Below, piece by piece: positions 21,901 through 28,722 of a stretch of DNA of 47,298 bases. Numbering within the stretch: the stretch's first letter is position 1; every line of letters begins with the position of its first letter. This stretch comes from Rhodoferax sp. (GTDB lineage: Bacteria > Pseudomonadota > Gammaproteobacteria > Burkholderiales > Burkholderiaceae_C). The notes beneath the pieces are model-generated. The model did no database searches, had not been told where the DNA came from, and saw nothing but the letters and a program-made list of their open reading frames with translations. The stretch is from contig JBAQDW010000495.1 of assembly GCA_049286445.1 (NCBI GenBank), positions 1 through 47,298 on the forward strand, read 5' to 3'. Both the position numbers and the translations under genes were made by a program.

Positions 21901-23307
21901 ATCGACGCCAGTCAATACAGCATCACCACCACCGCCACCGGGCAAAAACTGATTCAGTCCGGCGAGCGCACCATGAGCGCCGCCACGTTTTTGACCAAAA
22001 CGCTGCACCTCGATTACCAAAAAGAAGCCGCCCCAATACTCAAGCAGTGCTACGCCGAGCAGCTTGCCAAAGCTTACTCACAGCCCCGCCGCGAACCCGG
22101 CCAGTCCATCGACCAGACGCTAAAAATTGAGTTCGCTGACCACCTCAAAACCCGCAGCGCAGAGCTGAAAAAAGAGGGTGAAGCCATCGACGCCGAGCGC
22201 CGCCAGGTCAAAGCCGAAATCGACAAATCCGACGCGCCCAAGGCCGCAAAAGACGCCGCCAAAGCCGCCGCCGACGAGTACGCAAAAACAAAAAAACAAG
22301 AGCTGCAAAACAGAAAAGACCAGCGCACTGCTGACACCTACAAAGACTTTTTAGCCGACAGAGCACCGCAATCAGCAAAGCACCTCGACGAGCTGGCCCG
22401 CGTGTCTTTCACGCCCGCCGATCATGCCCGCATGAAATCTATCCAGGTGGCCCAAGGCATCGTGCCCGGCCTCGACCGACTCACCCCCGCCCAACTTGAA
22501 AAAGGAGTTTCCCATGTCATCCACCTTGCAGACCGCCGACCACCAGCCGCCATCATCGAGCGCAACCAGCGAGCAGCAGCCGAGCGCAATCGACTTGCCG
22601 ACGACCTCGCACGTAGTGCAGAACGCACCCCAGCACCTCAAGCCAACGAAGCCAGTCGCCTGCATGAACTGCCCGCTGGCGGTGTGGATGTTGCGCGACC
22701 AAAAGACGCTGGAGTGCTATTGCCGGACGCTGTACGTAGTGACGTGGGAGACGAGCAAACCCGGCAACATAACGCTGTGCGACGCGCCAGAGCAGGCGCG
22801 GGAAGCAGCACAGAAAGAGTCCTGAGCGAACCCGCCCCGGCCCCTCGACCCCAGACCCTCACGACCGCCGCCCGCGCCGAGCTGGCCCAAGCAGAGAAGC
22901 AAGACGCTGACTCCGCTATTGAAGTCCCAGCAATCGACTATTTGGCAGACATTCAGCAGCAGATTCAAGCTGCTAAAGCCAAAGCTGATCCGCGCAGCTC
23001 GTTGGCAAATTCAACGACCACAGAAGCAGATCACGATGCGCCCGCTAGCGGCGTGATCGTCGCCAGCAATGATGAATTTGTGGCGGTGCGTCAGCGCGAA
23101 ATCGTCAAGCTGTACCGAGCCTCTGAACTCGTTAAGCACCTCGCGTATGACGGCATTGACGTCGGTAGCGGACGGTTTGTACCGGGAAATGAGCTGGAGA
23201 GAAAGAACGGCAAAGATGGCATGAGAACACTGGTTACAGAAAAGCGTGAGCTGATGCAGACTGAAGAAAAACGAAAATTGCAAAGAGAAAAGAGCTTAGG
23301 AATTTGA
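18991..23307 (+). CDS. Relaxase (MOB_P-like HUH domain) fused to a TraA/RecD-like SF1 helicase and a C-terminal extension
   Basis: N-terminal Tyr, HITISF, AEAH...PHIHIVVP; helicase GAAGTGKS, VDEAGM, GDAKQL, YAVTVHKSQGMT. Confidence 0.9.
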   Translation: MKMAYIKYGGGYSGVGIKEYFENGKKQGRELHRDEIDQRIVLEGDLDICTRIIESRETDAERYDHITISFKEKDISPETLRAIIAEFKAFAHSAYTEEELYIYAEAHIPKTATEEKWNPEKKRYETVERYPHIHIVVPKTNVITGERLSVFEKLELRYGTEKRTDDFTDAFQEHINEKYGLSSPKDNRRTEFTSQADIISRIKEDQFTGKNRESRKMIRDMMIDQRIESTEAFRAMLEKLGEVKKANGKNGPYLKIKLPGEQKYIRLEDHQFSAGFISSTMAEKLAFYTGQGKARSPKQKADDLAKGAVLLQKWNDRAREIKYLHTSSPFYKNTYVKATAKEKTVLLDALEAAYYEKLQEKHGYHNAVIAAERGPDQPELSPEIQAEIKEQIDAIRIEEFTSSKLNTTYLRTVEELRNADEAGQKIIESPAQAIDALTFSQSHFSELALERHLLKNTSSPEQYDAAMKAVLACPELVINDDDERGIQFTSQSIVSIEKRLTERAERMSATTGPAVSAQEQQSIIDATPFNRGQREGFELLCSGKQLAVVNGAAGTGKSFVLAAMRKAYEKEGFTVYGAILQGKTAEDLQRDSGIQSKTIARTLLDLESGKMKLNAKSVLVVDEAGMAGSRDLEKLMAHTEAAGARLRLVGDAKQLAAVEYGNAFVEVSKRAEVASLTEIMRQKTEWQRLASEKFSVHDIQGLQDYADRGHVHLADTAQDAQIELVNAWSQHRAEQPEQTRIVLAHTNADRIGLNELMRAELQKQGQLTNQILVDTARGKVAMAAGELVMFTKADKNLGVKNGTTGVIEKISGGVITVALENGKTCQFDATQKGDSTTHIDYAYAVTVHKSQGMTVDAAFVFANKSMTKENLGVAMTRHRHDAQVFGSKEQFADIPAMVKTLDRAGEKAFTGDKSWSDTHRREDSVIGQYVAELTAAKVIEKAAQTAQFKEIAANLDPQRVLDYVSKSHHQIDASQYSITTTATGQKLIQSGERTMSAATFLTKTLHLDYQKEAAPILKQCYAEQLAKAYSQPRREPGQSIDQTLKIEFADHLKTRSAELKKEGEAIDAERRQVKAEIDKSDAPKAAKDAAKAAADEYAKTKKQELQNRKDQRTADTYKDFLADRAPQSAKHLDELARVSFTPADHARMKSIQVAQGIVPGLDRLTPAQLEKGVSHVIHLADRRPPAAIIERNQRAAAERNRLADDLARSAERTPAPQANEASRLHELPAGGVDVARPKDAGVLLPDAVRSDVGDEQTRQHNAVRRARAGAGSSTERVLSEPAPAPRPQTLTTAARAELAQAEKQDADSAIEVPAIDYLADIQQQIQAAKAKADPRSSLANSTTTEADHDAPASGVIVASNDEFVAVRQREIVKLYRASELVKHLAYDGIDVGSGRFVPGNELERKNGKDGMRTLVTEKRELMQTEEKRKLQREKSLGI
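22514..22825 (+). CDS. traH: TraH-like relaxosome protein overprinted inside the relaxase in another frame
   Basis: AAAGGAG RBS at 22501-22507; CMNCPLAVW...LECYCRTLYVVTWETSKP..ITLCD matches the IncP TraH Cys pattern, and IncP traH is also nested in traI. Confidence 0.85.
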   Translation: MSSTLQTADHQPPSSSATSEQQPSAIDLPTTSHVVQNAPQHLKPTKPVACMNCPLAVWMLRDQKTLECYCRTLYVVTWETSKPGNITLCDAPEQAREAAQKES

Positions 23308-23330
23308 CCAAATGCACGATCTAATTTAGA

Positions 23331-23356
23331 TAGATAGCTATAATGATAGCTATCTA
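23331..23356. promoter_or_regulatory. parS/operator-like site upstream of parA
   Basis: Two ATAGCTAT palindromes 12 bp apart (23334, 23346). Confidence 0.7.
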
Positions 23357-23369
23357 TTAGGAGATTCCC

Positions 23370-23999
23370 ATGATCTATGCAGTCGTAAACACCAAGGGCG
23401 GAGTCGGAAAAACCACCACAGCAGTGCATCTGGCAACGATGCTTGCCCGCACAGGTGAAACCTTGTTGATTGATGGTGACCCACAGGCAAGCGCTGCGAG
23501 CTGGGCTGCTTGGCGACGTGACAACGCCTCACATGGCCCGAGTCCGACGACAACCTGTCTCTCCGGAAAAGCGATCCTTTCAGAAGGCAAGCAGCTTGCC
23601 GCCAAATACGAACATGTTGTGGTTGATGCTGGTGGCCGAGATTCGGTTGGCCTGCGTTCCGCCCTGCTGCTGGCTCAAATGGCAATCGTCCCGATTGGTG
23701 CCAGCAATCTCGATGCTGCGGCCATGACTGACCTGCTGGAAATAGTCGAGTTGAGTAGAGACTACAACCCCGAGCTTGATGTGCGTGTCTTGCTGACTCG
23801 GGTCGATCCTCGCACCAAAGATGCTGCTGAAATGATGACGTTTCTTACCGAACAAAAGCTAACCGTATTACCGACAAAGGTTTGCGAACGAGTCGCTTTT
23901 AGGCGCTCAATAGGCGAGGGTGTAATTGTCCAGGAGCTTGGCAAAGACCAAGCGGCCATTGCCGAAATTGAAGCTTTTTTCCGTGAGGTGCAGGCATGA
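23370..23999 (+). CDS. parA: ParA/ParF-type Walker ATPase (type Ib partition)
   Basis: KGGVGKTT, LLIDGDPQ, VVVDAGG; short protein with no N-terminal HTH. Confidence 0.95.
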   Translation: MIYAVVNTKGGVGKTTTAVHLATMLARTGETLLIDGDPQASAASWAAWRRDNASHGPSPTTTCLSGKAILSEGKQLAAKYEHVVVDAGGRDSVGLRSALLLAQMAIVPIGASNLDAAAMTDLLEIVELSRDYNPELDVRVLLTRVDPRTKDAAEMMTFLTEQKLTVLPTKVCERVAFRRSIGEGVIVQELGKDQAAIAEIEAFFREVQA

Positions 24000-24304
24000 A
24001 ATCCAAACCCAACACCGATCAATTTAAGCCCAACAAAGACCCGTCTGCTTTTCTTGAAGGTGGTGCCGGTGATGCTGCGGACAGGATGGGCGTAACTCAA
24101 TCAGCTGCTATTGCCTCCCAAGTGCCAATTGATTTGCCTGCGGTTTCCGCCAAAATACACCGCGAACAAAAGATATTCCGCCTGCCGCTGGATCTGATTG
24201 CATTTCTCAAGCGCGAATCCTATGAGCGATCTGTGAAAACAGGTTCTCGTGTGACTGAAACGGAGCTTGTGGAGCAGGCGTTAAGGGCTTTTTATGATAT
24301 ATAG
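23996..24304 (+). CDS. ParG-like centromere-binding protein
   Basis: Coupled to parA; C-terminal KIFRLP..L...LK...TETELVEQALR fits RHH. Confidence 0.75.
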   Translation: MKSKPNTDQFKPNKDPSAFLEGGAGDAADRMGVTQSAAIASQVPIDLPAVSAKIHREQKIFRLPLDLIAFLKRESYERSVKTGSRVTETELVEQALRAFYDI

Positions 24305-24320
24305 CTATCTATATAGCTAT
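24301..24320. promoter_or_regulatory. Second parS-like site at the end of the par operon
   Basis: ATAGCTAT at 24301 and 24313, same 12-bp spacing as upstream. Confidence 0.7.
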
Positions 24321-24500
24321 ATTTATAGATTGCCATGCAAAACCACTCCCCACCTCCCGTGCGCACGGAGCGAAAAATACCCATCTTGAGCCTTTCTTTC
24401 CCGGTCACAGAAAAAATCCGCACGCTGGCTTTCTACAAATTCGATATAAGCGCAATGCGTTTGGTGCGCGTGTTGCACGGTTGCCGGGTTGAAGGTTGAA

Positions 24501-24995
24501 GTGCTGGTGTTTTTAGACACGGAATACAGCGGCTTCTCAGAGCCGCTCAACACCCGAAAACTGCTCTCACTTGCACTGGTGGCCGAAGACGGCAGCGCAG
24601 AGTGGTACGCCGAGATTGACGGCTGGGAGCTTGCAGACTGCGACCCTTGGGTGCAGCGCATCGTGCTGCCGCTCATGACCGGCCCGCGCCTCTCGCGTGA
24701 CGCCGCAAGGGCATCACTACGCGATTGGTTTGCCACCTGCCCGCGCAGCGTGCAAGCTGCTTGCGACTCCAGCACTGACTGGCACTTTCTGTTGCAGTTG
24801 CTGGGCGAGTGCCCGACCAACATTGCCGCGCAGCGTCTCGATTTGGCTGGACTGATCGATACCGGTACTTACCACCAGGCAGTGAAGGCTTATTTTGCAA
24901 AAGGCCACCCCGAGCACCACGCTCTGCATGACGCCCGCGCTTACCGGCTGGGCTGGCTTGCATGGATGGACGCTAGAAAGACAACACCATGCTAG
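24501..24995 (+). CDS. DEDDh 3'-5' exonuclease (RNase AS/Rv2179c-like), copy 1; start 24489 or 24501
   Basis: VFLDTEY..LLSLALVAEDG..EWYAE, DSSTDW, HHALHDARA. Confidence 0.85.
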   Translation: MLVFLDTEYSGFSEPLNTRKLLSLALVAEDGSAEWYAEIDGWELADCDPWVQRIVLPLMTGPRLSRDAARASLRDWFATCPRSVQAACDSSTDWHFLLQLLGECPTNIAAQRLDLAGLIDTGTYHQAVKAYFAKGHPEHHALHDARAYRLGWLAWMDARKTTPC

Positions 24996-25498
24996 TTTTT
25001 CTCGACACCGAATTCACCAAATTTTCATACCCTGACCTCATTAGCCTGGCACTGGTGGCCGAGGACGGCCGGGAGTTCTACGCCGAGCGCACCGACTATT
25101 GGCAAAACGAGTGCAGTGCCTTCGTGCAAGAAACCGTGCTGCCATTGCTGGGCCGTGTGCCGGGTGCTGCCTGTACGAGCAAAGAACTTACCGACCGTGT
25201 GCGGGCATGGTTCGCGGCGTTACCAGAATCAGCGACCATCATTTTCGACTACGAAACCGACTGGCATTTGCTGGCCGTGGCGATGCTCGGGCGACCACAA
25301 AAAAATCCACCTGAAAATTTTGCCACGCCGCTCTATCTGGACAGCTACATCATCACCCATCCGGTTTTCGTGAAAGCGCAAAACAGCAGCTACACCCAAG
25401 ACTGGCCCCCGCACCATGCGCTGGCTGATGCGCGGGCACTCATGGCGGGATACCGCGCCTGGCACGAGTTCATGGGACATATTTGGAAAATCCAATGA
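24989..25498 (+). CDS. DEDDh 3'-5' exonuclease (RNase AS/Rv2179c-like), copy 2
   Basis: VFLDTEF..LISLALVAEDGREFYAE, DYETDW, HHALADARA. Confidence 0.88.
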   Translation: MLVFLDTEFTKFSYPDLISLALVAEDGREFYAERTDYWQNECSAFVQETVLPLLGRVPGAACTSKELTDRVRAWFAALPESATIIFDYETDWHLLAVAMLGRPQKNPPENFATPLYLDSYIITHPVFVKAQNSSYTQDWPPHHALADARALMAGYRAWHEFMGHIWKIQ

Positions 25499-25707
25499 CC
25501 ACCGTCATTTCCAAGTCGGGGCGCAAGCTCCATGTTCCAACCGAGGCAGAAGACAAGGCCATCAACGCTGGCATCGCTCAAGACCCAGCTACTGATGAAC
25601 TTGGGACAGAGTTCTTTGCCACAGCCAAACCAGCCTGCGAAGTGCTTGGCGATGCCACTGTTTCAGCGCTCAAGCGTGCCCATCCAATAAAAAATACCGT
25701 TTCATGA
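25495..25707 (+). CDS. Small protein resembling the N-terminal half of BrnA antitoxins (RHH part absent)
   Basis: PTEAEDKAINAGIAQDP..EL...FFA.AKPA.EVL; ATGA-type coupling on both sides. Confidence 0.6.
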   Translation: MTTVISKSGRKLHVPTEAEDKAINAGIAQDPATDELGTEFFATAKPACEVLGDATVSALKRAHPIKNTVS

Positions 25708-26588
25708 CCGTCAATAATAAATCGCCACGCAAGCACACCAGTAGTCCCGCAAAAACCCCCATGACCACTCTGCGCCGGGCTGTGGTGTGGCTGGTGGTTG
25801 GTGGTGCTGTGGCTTTCCAAGTGACAAGCTGCGGCGGCAAGCTGCCCGACCTGCCAGCGCTCTCCACTGTCTCCAAAAATACTCCTGAATCTGCGCCTGA
25901 ATCACGGCAGCAGGTGCCTGGTGTGGCCACCATTTTTAGGGAGTGCCCGCAGTTTTTTGCAGCGGGTAAGTCGCCAATCGTGCCCCAGGCGCCACTGCTG
26001 CGCGAGCTTTGCTATGACAGCTTTGCCATCCTGCACAGTGGAGAGAGCAAGACTCCTGTGTTTGTGGCACAGCGGATGAATCAGGAAAGCATTGCCGATG
26101 CTGATGAGAAGCGGACAGACAAGTTCTTCGCCGATGCCAGACTACCAAGGGCAGAGCGCGCAGAGCTGGCAGATTACAAGGGGTCAGGGTACTCACGGGG
26201 GCACATGGCTCCAGCAGGTGACATGCCCAATCCAACAGCAATGGCGCAGTCGTTCAGCCTCGCCAACATGGTGCCCCAGAATTCACGACAGAACTCTGGG
26301 CCGTGGGCAAAGATCGAGAAGGACACACGACACTATGTCGCAAGGGCCAAGGGGGATGTTTTCATCATTACTGGGCCTTTTTTTGGGCCGGATAGCACTT
26401 CTGTCGGCGTGAACCAGGTGGGCGTGCCAACCCATATTTTTAAGCTGGTTTACGACGCTACAACGCACAAGTCCTGGGCACACTGGCAACCCAACTCGGA
26501 TGATGCCCGCGCCGGGCCGCCCATCAGCTACAGCGAGCTGAGTGGACGCATCGGCATGGAGCTGCTGCCAGGAGTCACGCTGCGGTAA
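25704..26588 (+). CDS. DNA/RNA non-specific endonuclease (His-Me finger, NucA/EndoG family), probably exported
   Basis: DYKGSGYSRGHMAPAGD, SFSLANMVPQ..QNSGPW.KIE; N-terminal hydrophobic segment followed by Cys. Confidence 0.92.
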   Translation: MTVNNKSPRKHTSSPAKTPMTTLRRAVVWLVVGGAVAFQVTSCGGKLPDLPALSTVSKNTPESAPESRQQVPGVATIFRECPQFFAAGKSPIVPQAPLLRELCYDSFAILHSGESKTPVFVAQRMNQESIADADEKRTDKFFADARLPRAERAELADYKGSGYSRGHMAPAGDMPNPTAMAQSFSLANMVPQNSRQNSGPWAKIEKDTRHYVARAKGDVFIITGPFFGPDSTSVGVNQVGVPTHIFKLVYDATTHKSWAHWQPNSDDARAGPPISYSELSGRIGMELLPGVTLR

Positions 26589-26826
26589 GCCTGCGCGTCT
26601 GGTTCTAGAACCTAAACCAGCGTGCTGAAGGCGGCGGCGCCATGATGGTGGTGCATCGCAGGGACCTCCCATTGCACTGCGCTGCACAGGTACTGCGTTT
26701 GATGAAGCCCGATTAGACAAGCCAGAAATACCGAAGGCAAAAAACCGGGGCCGCGCCGTCGAGCTGTGTGTTCCATCGAGTGCAGCTTAAACTGACGTCA
26801 AATTTGTCTTGACTCTGGGGTCCACT

Positions 26827-28356
26827 TTAGTTGCCGCCGCTGGTCAGTGCATGGGCATTCTTCAACGCTGCCAGATGCGGGACGTTATTGACGCCGTAGG
26901 CTGCGTACTCTTTCAGGTTCGAAAGGAACGTTGCTACCACGTTGGTGTCATATGTGTTTAACACTGAGACTGCGGCATCTATCAACTGCATCTGTAACGC
27001 CAGTTTCGCCTCGAAAACGGCCGTTTGCCCGCTTAGGGCATATCGCATCCAGCTAACCGCGTAATTGACGATCCGCTCAAACTCCTCATGCGTCGAGGAC
27101 ACGGGGCAGCCGGTCTTCATGGCCGCCTTGACACTGTGGCTTTGTCCTCGCGCAGCGCCATGCAGGCCCGGCTTGTAGGAACACGGCTGCTCCCGCATTT
27201 CGCGTGCCACGATGATCGCAGCCAGCCCAGTTAGAGCGTCTACGTCCTCAGGCGCTGGAACGTGCAGCAAGCGCACCCAGTGATCCAGTACGGTATGCGC
27301 GCTCTCGATGTAGTCCCGGAACTGCCTAGGCGTGATGTCTTCCCCGACAGCGGCGTTCAGGAGGGGGTGCAGTTGCCACACCGAATCGGCCAAGGGATGA
27401 GCGCGCAGGTCGCCCAGGCGGATACGGCACCGCGCAAGGCCCGGTGACACAGGGGCGACGAAGCGCTGCAGCAGCTTCTCGCGTCGCAGTTTGCGCTCCA
27501 CCTCGGCGAAGTGCAGAAAGTCCAGGACATGCATGGCCACATAGAGTTGTTCATCTGCCCGCAGTACCTTACGCGCTGGCGGGCGGCGGTGCGAAGTCCA
27601 CTGCTCCAAGACGACGGTATATCGCTGCACGACCTCTTCAGGCGAGGGGCGACCCGCCGTTTTCAACTCGTGTTCGATGCTGCTGATCGCCTGGTCCAGC
27701 ACCGATCGAACTTGGCCGAAAGTGCCATCGATCTCCGCCAGCCGCTCGGAGGGGATCTCCGCTGCCAGGTAACCGTGCAGGTCGTTCATGTGCCAGCGCA
27801 GATCTGAATCTGCTCCCATCGGATACGGGTTGGTCAACTCCAGAGATGCCGTTTTTTCGGTGGGCGAGCGCAGGATTGACATAAGCTGTAAGAGGCCGTC
27901 ACGCTGCTTGAAACCATGCAATAGCTTGGCCACCTTGAAGACTTGGCCGGCGCCCGCCTGCCTCTCTTGTGGTGGCGCATGCCCCAAGAGGGCTGCCGTA
28001 TCCTTCAGCAGTCGCGCGACGGTCGCCTTGTCCAAAGGGTTGTCACGGGTCTTATCAGGCGGGCGCTGCTGCTCCAGTTCCTTGCCGAGCGCCTCGTACG
28101 TGCACACCTCGTCCGGAATCGATCGGGCGTTTCCAAGATCAAATTCCCCCGGGAAAATTCGCATCCGATCCTCCTCGGTTAGGCCTGAATGCAGCACGTA
28201 TCGCAGCAAGCTCTGCCCGTCCGCTACTTCCCCGCCAATGACGCGTCCGCATCGATCTTCCACATAACTAGGGTCACGCACGAAGTCATAGGAAAACAGG
28301 TCGACGCCGAGTCCTTTTCCAATATATGAAAACAGCAAATGTCGTCGCGCAGTCAT
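26827..28356 (-). CDS. Hypothetical protein (509 aa)
   Basis: Long ORF, 4-nt overlap with the upstream ORF; no motif recognised. Confidence 0.8.
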   Translation of the reverse strand: MTARRHLLFSYIGKGLGVDLFSYDFVRDPSYVEDRCGRVIGGEVADGQSLLRYVLHSGLTEEDRMRIFPGEFDLGNARSIPDEVCTYEALGKELEQQRPPDKTRDNPLDKATVARLLKDTAALLGHAPPQERQAGAGQVFKVAKLLHGFKQRDGLLQLMSILRSPTEKTASLELTNPYPMGADSDLRWHMNDLHGYLAAEIPSERLAEIDGTFGQVRSVLDQAISSIEHELKTAGRPSPEEVVQRYTVVLEQWTSHRRPPARKVLRADEQLYVAMHVLDFLHFAEVERKLRREKLLQRFVAPVSPGLARCRIRLGDLRAHPLADSVWQLHPLLNAAVGEDITPRQFRDYIESAHTVLDHWVRLLHVPAPEDVDALTGLAAIIVAREMREQPCSYKPGLHGAARGQSHSVKAAMKTGCPVSSTHEEFERIVNYAVSWMRYALSGQTAVFEAKLALQMQLIDAAVSVLNTYDTNVVATFLSNLKEYAAYGVNNVPHLAALKNAHALTSGGN

Positions 28357-28589
28357 GGTTTGACCTCAGTACTTCGCGTCGTACCGCCTACAGCCTGCAG
28401 TCGCGGACGACGTGCCGCTTCGTTGTAGGACTGCGCGAAACTGTCGATTACCCGATGAGCAACATCCTGCAGAAATCCATCCCAACCGCCACATTCGCTG
28501 ATGTGAACCAACTGGGCAGCTGTACCAGTGATGCGTTTGTTGTTTCTGATTAAAACAAGCGAACAGGGCTTTTTTGCTTCATTTTTCAT
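28353..28589 (-). CDS. Small hypothetical protein (78 aa)
   Basis: AAAGGA RBS upstream; ATGA coupling to the 509-aa ORF. Confidence 0.6.
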   Translation of the reverse strand: MKNEAKKPCSLVLIRNNKRITGTAAQLVHISECGGWDGFLQDVAHRVIDSFAQSYNEAARRPRLQAVGGTTRSTEVKP

Positions 28590-28722
28590 GACGATGTCCT
28601 TTCATAGATAGCGAGCCCTTGACTTTCAGAGGCTTCGAGCCGTGAATATCCACCATCGTCCTCTGGAGGTCGAGGAAATGAATTCAAAGTTTTGCGTCAG
28701 TGAAATCCTGTCAAATCGCTGA

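Noticed and set aside
16578..23307. Self-transmissible conjugation system
   Set aside because: No VirB4, VirD4/TraG coupling protein or pilus genes anywhere in the circle.
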